From: Phycisphaeraceae bacterium
Lineage (GTDB): Bacteria > Planctomycetota > Phycisphaerae > Phycisphaerales > Zrk34
Reading direction: 5' to 3'
NCBI GenBank assembly: GCA_040905565.1
Contig: JBBDRF010000077.1
Span: 1-53,783 of the forward strand
Length of the DNA: 53,783 nucleotides
This document shows positions 28,893 to 39,269 of the stretch, piece after piece. Positions within the stretch are counted from its first letter, which is position 1, and every line of letters begins with the position of its first letter. Made by a program: the position numbers and the translations under genes. The notes under the pieces were generated by a model. That model saw only the letters and a list, made by a program, of their open reading frames with translations. It made no database searches and was not told the DNA's origin.

Positions 28893-30721
28893 TACTTCAT
28901 CTCCTCGATGATCTTCGCGAGGTCATCTCGGATTTGGGGGATGGGTACCTGCGACACAGCCATCGAGCCGTCGTCGGTTTTGCGGACGACGGTGTTCACC
29001 TTGCCCTGCTCAGCGTCCTTGGACTGGTAATCTTCACGGAAGTGAGCGCCGCGCGATTCCTTGCGGGTGATGGCGCTGCGAGCGATCGCTTCACTGACGA
29101 CCATCAGGTTATGCAGGTCCAAAGCGGTGTGCCAACCGGGGTTGTACTCACGATGCCCGTCGATGGCGACCTGGCCTGCCCGCTGCTTGAGTTCCTGCAG
29201 ATTTTCGATGGCCCGGCCGACTTCGTCCTCAATGCGGACGATGCCGACCATGTCCTGCATCATGTCCTGCAAGTCGCGCTGAATGGTGTACGGGTTCTCC
29301 GCGTTCGGATCGTCGGCCATATCGAACGGCCGCTGCGCCCAGCGGGCGGCTTCCTGTACCTCGTCGGGATTCACGTCGCCGTTGCTCTGCTCGAGGGCGA
29401 ACTTGGCGGCATGCTCACCGGCCAGCTTGCCGAACACCAGCAGGTCCGACAGCGAGTTGCCGCCGAGACGGTTCGCCCCGTGCAGGCCCGCGGCACATTC
29501 ACCGGCTGCGAAAAGGCCGGGGATGTTCGACATTTGCGAATCGGCGTCGACACGGATGCCGCCCATCGCATAGTGCGTGGTGGGGCCGACTTCCATCGGT
29601 TCCTTGGTGATATCCACGCCCGCCAGCTCTTTGAACTGGTGGTACATGCTGGGAAGCTTGCGCTTGATGTGGTCTTCAGCCTTGGCGCCCATTTTCTCGC
29701 GGATCCAGGCGATATCGAGGTAGACGCCGCCGTGCTGGGAGCCGCGACCCTGCTTGATCTCGCGGACAATGCAGCGGGCCACGTGGTCACGCGTCAGCAG
29801 TTCGGGGGGGCGGTTGGCGTTTTTGTCGCCGGTGACGTAACGCCAACCCTCTTCCTCGGTGTGGGCGGTCTGGTCGGTGTAGAGCGGCGGGATGTCGTCG
29901 AACATGAACCGCTTGCCGTCGCTGTTTTTGAGGATGCCGCCTTCGCCTCGGACGCCTTCGGTCACGAGGATGCCGCGGACGCTGGGGGGCCAGACCATGC
30001 CGGTGGGATGGAACTGGATGAACTCCATGTCCACCAGCTCAGCACCGGCCTGGTAGGCGAGGGCGTGCCCGTCGCCTGTGTATTCCCAGCTGTTGGACGT
30101 GATCTTGTAAGCCCTGCCGAGCCCGCCCGTTGCGAGGACGACGGCGCGTGCTTTGAAGATCATAAAGCGGCCGCGTGTGCGTTCGTAGCCGAACCCGCCG
30201 ACGACGCGTCCGCTGTCTTTGAGCAGGGTCGTCACGGTCGTCTCCATGTGGACATCGATGCCCTGATGGATGCCGTGGTCCTGCAGCGTGCGGATCATCT
30301 CCAGGCCCGTGCGGTCGCCGACGTGGGCGAGACGGGGGTAGCGATGGCCGCCGAAGTTACGCTGGAGGATGCGGCCGTCCTTGGTGCGGTCCATCACCGC
30401 GCCCCATGCTTCGAGCTCGTTCACGCGAGCGGGGGCCTGCTGGGCGTGGAGTTCCGCCATGCGCCAGTTGTTGAGGTATTGGCCGCCTCGCATGGTGTCG
30501 GAGAAGTGGACCTGCCAGTTATCACGGGGGTCGACGTTGGCGAGCGAGGCCGCGACGCCGCCTTCGGCCATCACGGTGTGGGCTTTGCCGAGCAGCGATT
30601 TGCAGATGAGGCCGACTTTCGCGCCATTGGCGGAGGCTTCGATGGCGGCGCGGAGGCCTGCTCCGCCTGCACCGATCACCAAGACGTCGTATTCAAGTAC
30701 GGGGAACTCAGGCTCAGCCAT
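28892..30721 (-). CDS. sdhA: Succinate dehydrogenase/fumarate reductase flavoprotein subunit
   Basis: IGAGGAGLRAA, AHTVMAEGG (covalent-FAD His), QFHPT, TEGVRGEGG, HYAMGG, HGANRLGGNSL, ESRGAH. Confidence 0.95.
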   Translation of the reverse strand: MAEPEFPVLEYDVLVIGAGGAGLRAAIEASANGAKVGLICKSLLGKAHTVMAEGGVAASLANVDPRDNWQVHFSDTMRGGQYLNNWRMAELHAQQAPARVNELEAWGAVMDRTKDGRILQRNFGGHRYPRLAHVGDRTGLEMIRTLQDHGIHQGIDVHMETTVTTLLKDSGRVVGGFGYERTRGRFMIFKARAVVLATGGLGRAYKITSNSWEYTGDGHALAYQAGAELVDMEFIQFHPTGMVWPPSVRGILVTEGVRGEGGILKNSDGKRFMFDDIPPLYTDQTAHTEEEGWRYVTGDKNANRPPELLTRDHVARCIVREIKQGRGSQHGGVYLDIAWIREKMGAKAEDHIKRKLPSMYHQFKELAGVDITKEPMEVGPTTHYAMGGIRVDADSQMSNIPGLFAAGECAAGLHGANRLGGNSLSDLLVFGKLAGEHAAKFALEQSNGDVNPDEVQEAARWAQRPFDMADDPNAENPYTIQRDLQDMMQDMVGIVRIEDEVGRAIENLQELKQRAGQVAIDGHREYNPGWHTALDLHNLMVVSEAIARSAITRKESRGAHFREDYQSKDAEQGKVNTVVRKTDDGSMAVSQVPIPQIRDDLAKIIEEMK

Positions 30722-31539
30722 CAGAACAGTCTCCAGTCGGTCCACACGCCCATGGCGCACATGCGGACGTAAAAATCAGCGAAGCCGACCCAGAACAGGC
30801 TCATCCAGGCGAAGAGCATGTGACGGCTGTTGAGGCAGCTCACGCAATCGTAAGTTTTTTTGCCCATCGGCGCGTTGCTCACCGAGTCGCACTTGCCGCC
30901 GACCAGGTGCCTCAGCGAATGGCAGCCGAGCGTGTAGCCGGCCAGCAGAATGGCGTTCACCGTAAGCACGATGGTGCCGATGCCGACGCCGAATTCCGTC
31001 TCGCCGGTGGCTTCGTTGGTGTGCCAGAGGCCGAGGAAAGCGTCGTAACTGAGGATGAAGATGAACAGCAGCGCGACGTAAAGAAAGTATCGGTGCAGGT
31101 TTTGGAGGATTAGCGGGAACCAGCGTTCGCCCCAGTAGCTCTTGCGCGGTTCGCCGACGGAACAGCTGACCGGGTCCGCCCAGAAGCTCTTGTAGTAGGC
31201 CCCGCGGTAGTAGTAGCAGGTGAAGCGGAACAGGCCCGGCGCCCAAAGGATAAATAACGCCGGCGATGCGGGCACCCACGCAGGCATCCACGTCGGCCAG
31301 GGCCCGAACCATGAATGGCCGGAATCGACACCGGGCGCATCCCAGAGCGTGGGCGCGTAGAACGGCGACAGATAATGGTCATGGAAGTAATACTCACCCT
31401 GGAACGCGGCCCAAGTCGAGTACACGACGAAGAACAGCAGGCCCAGAAAGACCGCTACGGGCTGAACATACCACGCATCGCGACGCATCGTCTTGAATGC
31501 GCCAGTTTGCTGAGGCAGAGATACCGGCATACGCGTCAT
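30721..31539 (-). CDS. Succinate dehydrogenase membrane anchor, Sdh1/Rv0249c-like type
   Basis: YLSPFY, FRFTCYYYRGAYY, FPLILQNLHRYF, YTLGCHSLRHL, HMLFAW; directly upstream of sdhA/sdhB. Confidence 0.85.
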   Translation of the reverse strand: MTRMPVSLPQQTGAFKTMRRDAWYVQPVAVFLGLLFFVVYSTWAAFQGEYYFHDHYLSPFYAPTLWDAPGVDSGHSWFGPWPTWMPAWVPASPALFILWAPGLFRFTCYYYRGAYYKSFWADPVSCSVGEPRKSYWGERWFPLILQNLHRYFLYVALLFIFILSYDAFLGLWHTNEATGETEFGVGIGTIVLTVNAILLAGYTLGCHSLRHLVGGKCDSVSNAPMGKKTYDCVSCLNSRHMLFAWMSLFWVGFADFYVRMCAMGVWTDWRLF

Positions 31540-31810
31540 GAGTGAAAAGCTCCGTTGCAGATTTTGCAAGGACTCTAAGCATAGCAACGCGAGCCAACAG
31601 TTCAAATCGCAGACGCTTGCAAATCTTTTCGGCGTTGTCCGCGATGCGGTCGCCTCGAATCGCCCAGTGTTGATGAGTCAATTTCGAGGCGACCGGGTTC
31701 GGGACAACCCCGCTCTTTGGAGATTTTGCGATTCCGCGTTCGGAGCCGGGTACAATGGGCCCACCCTAAGCGTAGCATCAACAGCATCTTCTGTGTCTTC
31801 CGGAGCGACA

Positions 31811-32674
31811 ATGGCGACGATTGTGAACGAGTGTGAATGGCGTGTGACTGGTTTGTCGCGGAGCGGCAACCATGCGGTCCTGCAATGGCTTATGGCGCAG
31901 TTGCGAGGCCGATTCGTGTTCCTCAACTGTGCCGAGGGCGGGCGAAATCCGTACACCTCCGCCCGGCCGATGGACGACGGGGCTATTTACCGGACGAACA
32001 TCCCGGGCTACGACCTGGAAGCCGAGGCGAACCAAGTGCAGGTGCCCAAACAACATCTGATCTTCAGTCATGAGGATTCGTTCCTCGGACGAGCGTGCAG
32101 CGCGACGTTTGAGAAGCATCATGATGCGTGGGTGGGACGATCGAGGGAGCGGGTGGACATCCTCATTCTGCGGGATCCTTACAACCTGTTCGCGTCGCGG
32201 CTGCGGAACCCGGCGGGCCTTGTGCCGGGCAAGTCAGCCATGCGAATCTGGAAGCAGCACGCCCGCCAAGCCGCTGAGGCACCCAGACAGCTGCGCCATA
32301 ACCCGGTGGTTATTGCCTATAACCGATGGTTTGCGGACGAAACTTACCGTCGCCATATCGCCGAGCAGCTGGGACTGGCCTTCACCGATGCTGGGCGGCT
32401 GGAGGTGGCTGCGTGCAACGGCGGGTCGTCGTTCGACGGCATGAGCTATCGCCATCACGCCGACCGCATGCCCGTGCTCCGCCGATGGGCGCACTATGTG
32501 GATGACCCCGACTACGCCAACCTGATGGATCCGTCGGTCATGAAGCTGGCGCGAAAAGTGTTCGGCCCCTCAACACCACTGGATGAAGCCGAGTCGGCCA
32601 TCCGCGCCAGCCGTCGCGAGTTCATGGAAACAGAGCCGGCCTGTCCCCAGGCCGGTCATGCTTCGAGCATGTGA
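31811..32674 (+). CDS. Sulfotransferase-like P-loop protein
   Basis: GLSRSGNHAVLQWL (5'-PSB-like) and ILRDPYNLFASR (3'-PB-like) motifs. Confidence 0.65.
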   Translation: MATIVNECEWRVTGLSRSGNHAVLQWLMAQLRGRFVFLNCAEGGRNPYTSARPMDDGAIYRTNIPGYDLEAEANQVQVPKQHLIFSHEDSFLGRACSATFEKHHDAWVGRSRERVDILILRDPYNLFASRLRNPAGLVPGKSAMRIWKQHARQAAEAPRQLRHNPVVIAYNRWFADETYRRHIAEQLGLAFTDAGRLEVAACNGGSSFDGMSYRHHADRMPVLRRWAHYVDDPDYANLMDPSVMKLARKVFGPSTPLDEAESAIRASRREFMETEPACPQAGHASSM

Positions 32675-32860
32675 ACCGTTGGGAGTGGGGACAACTTGGC
32701 TCTTTGGGGGGAGCCGTTGGGGCTTCGCCCGATCGGTTGGTGCGGCGACGGCCCGGGGGGAAAGCCGAGGCGTTGGGGCTGATCATGACTCGGCGCGGCC
32801 GTCGGCTGCGGCGAACAATGAGGTAGCTCAGGCGCACCCATCGACAGAGGGAGAGGCACG

Positions 32861-34201
32861 ATGATCAGGGCCGACACTGGCCGGACGGCTGAAGGCTTAC
32901 GCAACGCGGCACAACCAATCGTCGGCATGGACGCAGACTACGACCCGCTGCTTGATCGCATCGGCGATGCGTCCATCGTGCTACTCGGCGAAGCGACGCA
33001 CGGCACCCACGAGTTCTATCACGCCCGGTCGCAAATCACGCAACGGCTGATCGCCGAGAAGGGTTTCGATGCGGTGGCGGTAGAGGCGGATTGGCCCGAT
33101 GCGTACCGCGTGAACCGCTACGTGCAGGGGCAGGGCGAGGATGAGCAGGCGATCGAAGCGCTGGGCGACTTCCAACGATTCCCGACGTGGATGTGGCGGA
33201 ACGCAGATGTGCTGGACCTGGTCGGCTGGCTTCGCGACCACAATGATGAGCAGCCGATGGATCGCCGCGTCGGGTTCTACGGGCTCGACCTGTACAGTCT
33301 GCACAGTTCCATCGAGGCAGTGCTGCGATATCTGGACGATGTTGATCCGCCGGCTGCGGAGCGTGCCCGCGCCCGGTACAGCTGCTTCGATCACACGATG
33401 CTCGATCCGCAGCGGTACGGCTACGCGAGCGCCATCGGCGCGAGGCCGGATTGCGAACAGGAAGCCGTTCAGCAACTGCTCGATCTGCAGCGGCGGGCTG
33501 AGGAGTACCTGCGACGCGACGGCATTCTGGCGGTCGATGAACAGTTTTACGCGGAGCAGAACGCCCGGTTGGTGGTGCGTGCGGAGAACTACTACCGCTC
33601 GATGTTCGGCAGCCGCGTCAGCTCCTGGAACCTTCGTGATAAGCACATGGCCGACACGCTTTCGGCACTGTCGACGCATCTGCACGGCAGTCGGGGCTCG
33701 GGGAAGGTCGTGGTCTGGGCGCACAACTCACACATCGGCGACGCGCGTGCGACCGAGATGTCGCGGCAGCGCGAGCTGAACCTCGGCCAACTCGCCCGGC
33801 AGTACCATGGAGCCGAGGCCGTCATCGTCGGATTCACCACGTATCACGGCTCGGTCTCGGCTGCGTCCAACTGGGGCGATCCGGTTGAGCGGAAGCGCGT
33901 TCGGCCGGCCCTGCCCGACAGCTGTGAAGATCTATTTCACAACGTCAAGCTCGACGCGTTCATGTTGCAGACCGACCATCCCGTGGTGGGCGACGTGCTC
34001 AGCGAGCCAAGGCTTCAGCGGATGATCGGCGTGATCTATCGCCCGGAAACCGAACGCCAGAGTCACTATTTCCAGTGCCAGCTTGCCGACCAGATGGACG
34101 TGGTGATTCACTTCGACCACAGCCGAGCGGTTGAGCCGCTGGAGCGCAGCGAACTCTGGCAACGCGGCGAAACGCCTGAGACCTACCCGACGGGGTTGTA
34201 G
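32861..34201 (+). CDS. Erythromycin esterase family protein
   Basis: LLGEATHGTHEFY, AVEADWPDA, FPTWMWRN, FYGLDLYSL, WNLRD.HM, VWAHNSHIGDARAT, PETYPTG. Confidence 0.92.
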   Translation: MIRADTGRTAEGLRNAAQPIVGMDADYDPLLDRIGDASIVLLGEATHGTHEFYHARSQITQRLIAEKGFDAVAVEADWPDAYRVNRYVQGQGEDEQAIEALGDFQRFPTWMWRNADVLDLVGWLRDHNDEQPMDRRVGFYGLDLYSLHSSIEAVLRYLDDVDPPAAERARARYSCFDHTMLDPQRYGYASAIGARPDCEQEAVQQLLDLQRRAEEYLRRDGILAVDEQFYAEQNARLVVRAENYYRSMFGSRVSSWNLRDKHMADTLSALSTHLHGSRGSGKVVVWAHNSHIGDARATEMSRQRELNLGQLARQYHGAEAVIVGFTTYHGSVSAASNWGDPVERKRVRPALPDSCEDLFHNVKLDAFMLQTDHPVVGDVLSEPRLQRMIGVIYRPETERQSHYFQCQLADQMDVVIHFDHSRAVEPLERSELWQRGETPETYPTGL

Positions 34202-34226
34202 GCGAAGGATGACCACAGGCGTCCCT

Positions 34227-34365
34227 ACGAGCCGCGACCGTCATGGAGCGGTTGTGCGTCGGGCGAAGCAAGTGGTCAGCGACACGGCGGTCGGGGCGTG
34301 CGCAGCGTCTTGAATCGTTCGGCATAGGCTGAACGTCGGACCGCTCCCTCACGGTCGCGGCTCGT
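34227..34365. repeat. REPIN/MITE-like element, family A, copy 2 (139 bp)
   Basis: acgagccgcgaccgtcatggagcgg ... ccgctccctcacggtcgcggctcgt; between convergent genes. Confidence 0.88.
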
Positions 34366-34398
34366 GGTCGCGATTGGGGTGCTTGCGTTTGCCGGTCC

Positions 34399-35382
34399 TC
34401 AGCGGAAACGGTCATTCGGTTTGGAGCGGGTGACGACGCGGAGGTGGCGCTCGAGATTGTTCACCAGTGGACTGGCCTGATCCGGCGGCGGGGTGTAGCT
34501 CATCAGCAGCGACCGCAGCGCCCGCTCCGCAGCATGCCATTCACGGTTGTGCGCCAGGGCGTAGGCTTCACGGTAATCCCGCTGTACGCGGTTGGTCAGT
34601 CGCTGCTCGAGCTCGTGGTAGCGCAGCTGATCGAGCCCGTCTTCCATCGATTCACCCCGCTCGAGGCCGGCGTAAGCGCGGGCGAGTTTGTAGTGAAAGT
34701 GGGCGAGGAACAGGCCGTCCGGCGAAGATTCGCGGCGGGCGTACCATCGTTGCGCCTCGGCGATGTGGCGGGCCGCTTCACGTTCGTTGACGACGCGGTC
34801 CAGCGGCTGGCGAATCTCCTCGGCGATCTGCTCATCAGGCAACTGGCCCGGTGCGACCATCGCGTCATCGTGCCGACCGCTGAGGCCGCTGAGCACCGCG
34901 AACGCCGCGACGACAACGAACAGGTACGCACCGACGCCGACCCAGATCTTGCTGCGCCGGGACATGCCCTCAGCGGGTGCGCCGGTCTGCGGGTCGGCGG
35001 TGATGCCGTCGTGCAATGTTGACATCGGGTCGCCGCGGCCGTCGGCCGGCTGCTGGAGGTCACCGTTGGGAGCAGCACTCTCGATCAGGTCGACAGCGAA
35101 CAACGGTGTTCTCTCGATGCTGACGCTCTCGCCCCCGAGCAGCGTCATCGCCTGACCGCCGGCGACGGACTGCTTCGCGATGGTGAGCGCGTTCGTGCTG
35201 TGACACATGAGCAGCCATTGGTCGCCGTGCCAGACGATCTCGCCGTGGTAGCGTGAGAGGTGTTCGCCGGCGAGGCGGATGGTGCTCTCTGGCGCACGGC
35301 CGAACGTGAGGCGTTCGGTGGGGCTGTGGGTGGTGGTTCGGCCTGCGTCGGGGCCGGTGAATCTTTCAATGCGAATCATCAT
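34399..35382 (-). CDS. FHA domain + single TM + helical extracytoplasmic domain protein (last gene of Tad locus)
   Basis: LTFGR...LSRYHG...STN FHA motifs; TM IWVGVGAYLFVVVAAFAVL; TPR-like C-terminus. Confidence 0.85.
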   Translation of the reverse strand: MMIRIERFTGPDAGRTTTHSPTERLTFGRAPESTIRLAGEHLSRYHGEIVWHGDQWLLMCHSTNALTIAKQSVAGGQAMTLLGGESVSIERTPLFAVDLIESAAPNGDLQQPADGRGDPMSTLHDGITADPQTGAPAEGMSRRSKIWVGVGAYLFVVVAAFAVLSGLSGRHDDAMVAPGQLPDEQIAEEIRQPLDRVVNEREAARHIAEAQRWYARRESSPDGLFLAHFHYKLARAYAGLERGESMEDGLDQLRYHELEQRLTNRVQRDYREAYALAHNREWHAAERALRSLLMSYTPPPDQASPLVNNLERHLRVVTRSKPNDRFR

Positions 35383-35418
35383 GATCGTGTTCCTTCGCGT
35401 TCGCCTGCTCGCGGTGCG

Positions 35419-36321
35419 TTACATCAATCGGCCGCCGAGCCACATGAGAATGATCGGGCTGAAGACGACCAGCACGACGGCCATGAGGATCAGCATGGAA
35501 GGCACAAGGATGCGCATCGACGCCGATGCACTGGCCTCCTCGGCCCGGACGCTTCGCACCATGCGGATCATGCCGGCCTGACTTTTGAGGATCTTTGCGA
35601 GCGGCGTGCCGAGCGCCTCGGCCTGGTTGATCGCGCCGACGACACTTCGCAATGCTTCAAGCGGGATGCGCTGGCCGAGGCGTTGCAGGGCCTTGGCGCG
35701 AGCGGTGCCGAGGTTCATCTCCGCCTGCACCAGCCGCAGTTCCTGGTTCATCGGGTGGTGCGGTTCATCGCGAACGACGGTCGTCACCGCCTCGTTGAAG
35801 TTCGCCCCGGCTTCAAGCAGCAGGGCGATCAGGTCGAGCGTGTACGGCAGCTGCTGAGCGACTTCGCGCACGCGCTTGGCGGCGGCTTCCCGCAGCGTCC
35901 ACAGCGGCACGAAGAAGCCGACGGCCGGCATGACCAGCACGGTGAGCACATCGAACTGACCCATCAGCGCGAGCGCCGCAGCGGTCGCGACGGCCAGGCC
36001 AACCCCGCCGGCGAGGCAGAGGGCGAGGTACTCGTTGACGGTATAGCCGTTGGGGTTGCCGCTGGCTTCGAGATCCTGCCAGACGCGATCGCGGAAGTAG
36101 GGAAACCGGCCGGCCAGCGCCTCAGCAAATCCGAGCAACCGCCCGACAATGGGCCAGTCGAAGATCGTGGGTTGCCGCCCCACGCCGAGCGCCGAGGCCA
36201 CCTGTCGGCTGGCGGGTACGGTGGTCCGAACGGGTGCTGAGAAAAGCGCCCAGACCATCAACACGACGGTGCCGAACAGCAGCAGGCTGATGACGATTTG
36301 TCCAAGATCAAGCGCGGTCAT
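35419..36321 (-). CDS. tadC: Tad inner-membrane platform protein TadC (T2SS-F family)
   Basis: LPYTLDLIALLLEAG, ELRLV..E..LG.R, QAEALGTPL..L, RAEE, ILVP. Confidence 0.88.
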   Translation of the reverse strand: MTALDLGQIVISLLLFGTVVLMVWALFSAPVRTTVPASRQVASALGVGRQPTIFDWPIVGRLLGFAEALAGRFPYFRDRVWQDLEASGNPNGYTVNEYLALCLAGGVGLAVATAAALALMGQFDVLTVLVMPAVGFFVPLWTLREAAAKRVREVAQQLPYTLDLIALLLEAGANFNEAVTTVVRDEPHHPMNQELRLVQAEMNLGTARAKALQRLGQRIPLEALRSVVGAINQAEALGTPLAKILKSQAGMIRMVRSVRAEEASASASMRILVPSMLILMAVVLVVFSPIILMWLGGRLM

Positions 36322-36356
36322 GCGTGGCGACCTCTCGTGGCGGCGCGCGTTCGGTC

Positions 36357-36500
36357 ACGAGCCGCGACCGTAAGGGAGCGGTTGTGTGCTGGGGCGAGGC
36401 GAACGATTAAATAAGCAATCAGCATTCGGGGCGTGCGCTGGTTTTCCCCTCGACCCGTGGCGGTCGAACGTCGGACCGCTCCCTTACGGTCGCAGCTCGT
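36357..36500. repeat. 144-bp REPIN/MITE-like element, family A, copy 3 (between tadB and tadC)
   Basis: acgagccgcgaccgtaagggagcgg ... ccgctcccttacggtcgcagctcgt. Confidence 0.9.
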
Positions 36501-36526
36501 TGGCAACAATATGGGTGTTTCGTGCG

Positions 36527-37378
36527 TCACATCTGCACCTGCATAATTCGGCGGATCCAGACCATGCCCGCGGCGATGAGCAGGCCGGCGATCAGCAGGA
36601 TCACGCGGCCGACGGGTTCGGTCAGCAGTTGACTGGTCTCCTCCGGGAAGATGCCGCCGAGGATGAAGAGGATGCCCAGAGGCAGCACGGCCATGAAGCG
36701 CGCCTGCGAGCGGCCCTGTGCGGTGAGTGCGGTGAGCCGGCCTTCGAGGCGCTGGATTTCGCGGATGGAATCGGCGATCTGGTCGAGGCTTTGCCCGAGG
36801 TCGCCGCCGCGCTGGCGGTGGGCTTCGATCGCGGTGAACAGCAGGCGGTAGTAGGTCGAGCCGATGCGTTCGCTGGCGTGGCGCATGGCGCGGTTGAGGT
36901 CGATGCCGAGCTCGTATTCCTTCAGCAGCTGGGCGAACTCCTGCCGGATGGGCCCGCCGGCGTGCTGCACGAGCAGGTCCATCGACTGGACCAGGTTCAG
37001 CCCCGCGCGGATGCCCGAGGCCATCGTCGTGATGCCGTCGACGATCTGACGATCCAGGTGCATGCGTCGCTTGTGTTCCAGATGTGTCAGGAGCATCTGG
37101 ATGCCCACCGCCGCGATCGCCGCCCCGACCAGAATCAACAGCGGCGAGCCGAGCAGCCACCACATGCCGATGCCGCTGGCGATCATGAAGGTGCCCGCCG
37201 CCGCCATCGCGCCGCGTGTCGAAACGTTCAGTAGCAGCTGGCGGTTAAGCGTCTGGTCGATCCGCTGTTCGAGGCGCGCGGTCTGGCCGGCCAGGCGCGA
37301 CCAGCCGTGCGCCACGAGCAGGTAGACCGTGGCGAAGGTGCCGGCTGAGATGGCGGCGAGCCAGAGCAGGTCATGCAT
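36527..37378 (-). CDS. tadB: Tad inner-membrane platform protein TadB (T2SS-F family)
   Basis: MASGIRAGLNL, PIRQEF...E..LG, GGDL..LD.IA..IRE, ALTAQGR.QA. Confidence 0.88.
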   Translation of the reverse strand: MHDLLWLAAISAGTFATVYLLVAHGWSRLAGQTARLEQRIDQTLNRQLLLNVSTRGAMAAAGTFMIASGIGMWWLLGSPLLILVGAAIAAVGIQMLLTHLEHKRRMHLDRQIVDGITTMASGIRAGLNLVQSMDLLVQHAGGPIRQEFAQLLKEYELGIDLNRAMRHASERIGSTYYRLLFTAIEAHRQRGGDLGQSLDQIADSIREIQRLEGRLTALTAQGRSQARFMAVLPLGILFILGGIFPEETSQLLTEPVGRVILLIAGLLIAAGMVWIRRIMQVQM

Positions 37379-39260
37379 TGGTTTTCGCTCCGTCGTAGAG
37401 GAACATGTCGACATCCAGCAGGTCGCGCTCGATCAGGCGGGGGGCGAAACTGGGGATGTAACCGGTCGGGCGAAGCACCGGCTGATCGGGATTGCGGAGG
37501 ATGAAAATGTCCTCCAGGCGGACCTGCTGACTCTCACGCTCGATGCGGGTGATCTCACTGATATGCGTCACGCGACGGCGGCCGTTAGGCAAACGCGTCA
37601 CCTGCACGACCAGATCAATCGCACTGACGATCTGCTCACGGATGGCGCGGACGGGCATCTCTACCGCCATCAGCATCATCGTTTCAAGTCGGCGGACGGT
37701 GTCTTCGGGGGTGTTGGCGTGGACGGTGCTGAGCGAGCCGTCGTGGCCGGTGTTCATCGCCTGGAGCATGTCGAGGCACTCAGCGCCGCGCACCTCGCCG
37801 ACGATGATGCGGTCGGGCCTCATGCGCAGCGCGTTGCGGACAAGATCGTGAATCGCGTACGAGCCTTTGCCTTCCATGTTCGCGGGGCGACCCTCAAGGC
37901 CGACCACGTGCGGCTGCGGCAGGCGAAGCTCCGCGGACTCTTCGACCGTGACGATGCGCTCGCCGGGATCGACATACGCACACAGCGTGTTCAGCAGCGT
38001 CGTCTTGCCCGAGCCCGTCCCGCCTGCCACAAGGATGTTCTTCCGGCCGGCGACGCAGCCTTGCAGGAAGTGGGCGCAACGTTCGCTCAATGTTTCACGC
38101 TCGATCAGATCGTCGATCGTGAACGGGATCCACGAAAACTTGCGGATCGTCAGGCACGGGCCCACCAGGCTCAACGGAGGGATGATCACGTTGATACGGC
38201 TGCCGTCGGGCAACCGCGCATCGACTAACGGCGTGCTCTGATCCACCCGCCGACCGACGGGCGTGAGCATGCGTTCGATGACGCCCATCAGCACTTCGTC
38301 GGAGAAAAAACTTCGCGTGGTCGGCTGAATGATGCCGTTTTTCTCGACGTAAATCTGCTCCCGGCCGACGACCATGATCTCCGTCACGTTCGCCATTTCC
38401 AGCAGATCCTGCAGCGGCCCGAAGCCGAGCATGATGTCGCGCAGATCTTTGCTGACGACCTGATGCACGATGTGAAGCTTTAGGCCCAAACTAATCGTGG
38501 GCCGCACCTGCGTGAACAGATCGTCAAACGCGTCCTCCGCCGTGGCGAGGTCTTCGCTCACGCTGGCGGGATCAAACAGCAGCGGCATCATGTCTACGAC
38601 CTGCGTGACCAGCTCAGCGATCGCCTGCTCGGCCGCGGCTTCGTGCTCGTTGCGGATCTCCGCGCGGTACTCCGTCGCCACCTTGCCGGTGCACTGACGC
38701 ACGACCTCAGCGGTGACGAGCCGCGAGAGATGCATGTGGACCATGTGATCGACCAGCTGCGTGTCGAGCGTTTCGGCGTGGCGATCGACAATGTCTTCAA
38801 GCTGTTGATTGATCTGCGCCAGGTAGACCGGATCGCGTTTGTCGATCTGGCCGGTGACGCGGAGGTTCAGCCGTTCGATCAGGTCGGCGTGAACCTGCTG
38901 TTCGAGTGCGACCAGGCGATTCTGCAGCAGGCGTTGCTGTTCGGATTCCTGCGTCTGCCCGCCGGGCCGAACGGGCGCGAGGGCGTACTGGCCGATGAGC
39001 ACTTCGTCGCCGAAGTCCAGCCGCGCCGGGCGACCGCTTGCGATATCGCGTCCCGCCACGCGAACGCTTGAGCGTGAGAGGTTCTCCACGAAAAGTTGAT
39101 TGCCGCGGAGCTGGATCTGTGCGTGGCGACGGCTGACGAACGGACCGCGCAGCACGATGTGGCAATCGGCGTCGCGGCCGACGGTGATCGGCTCGCCGTT
39201 GATGGCCACATCGAGCACGGTGCGGGTGTGGCTGGCTTGATCGAACAACCAGAATTCCAT
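37371..39260 (-). CDS. tadA: FHA-domain-fused TadA/CpaF pilus ATPase
   Basis: N-terminal VGR..C...[72 protein letters not shown]. Confidence 0.92.
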   Translation of the reverse strand: MEFWLFDQASHTRTVLDVAINGEPITVGRDADCHIVLRGPFVSRRHAQIQLRGNQLFVENLSRSSVRVAGRDIASGRPARLDFGDEVLIGQYALAPVRPGGQTQESEQQRLLQNRLVALEQQVHADLIERLNLRVTGQIDKRDPVYLAQINQQLEDIVDRHAETLDTQLVDHMVHMHLSRLVTAEVVRQCTGKVATEYRAEIRNEHEAAAEQAIAELVTQVVDMMPLLFDPASVSEDLATAEDAFDDLFTQVRPTISLGLKLHIVHQVVSKDLRDIMLGFGPLQDLLEMANVTEIMVVGREQIYVEKNGIIQPTTRSFFSDEVLMGVIERMLTPVGRRVDQSTPLVDARLPDGSRINVIIPPLSLVGPCLTIRKFSWIPFTIDDLIERETLSERCAHFLQGCVAGRKNILVAGGTGSGKTTLLNTLCAYVDPGERIVTVEESAELRLPQPHVVGLEGRPANMEGKGSYAIHDLVRNALRMRPDRIIVGEVRGAECLDMLQAMNTGHDGSLSTVHANTPEDTVRRLETMMLMAVEMPVRAIREQIVSAIDLVVQVTRLPNGRRRVTHISEITRIERESQQVRLEDIFILRNPDQPVLRPTGYIPSFAPRLIERDLLDVDMFLYDGAKTNA

Positions 39261-39269
39261 GGCTCGCCT

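Noticed and set aside
32675..32800. G-rich intergenic segment with three CGTTGGG copies, superficially like a c-di-AMP (ydaO) riboswitch
   Set aside because: The other conserved ydaO elements are not visible; only short hairpins are supported.
32861..34201. Erythromycin esterase as an antibiotic-resistance gene
   Set aside because: It belongs to a broad family with many members lacking demonstrated resistance function, and the context is not mobile.
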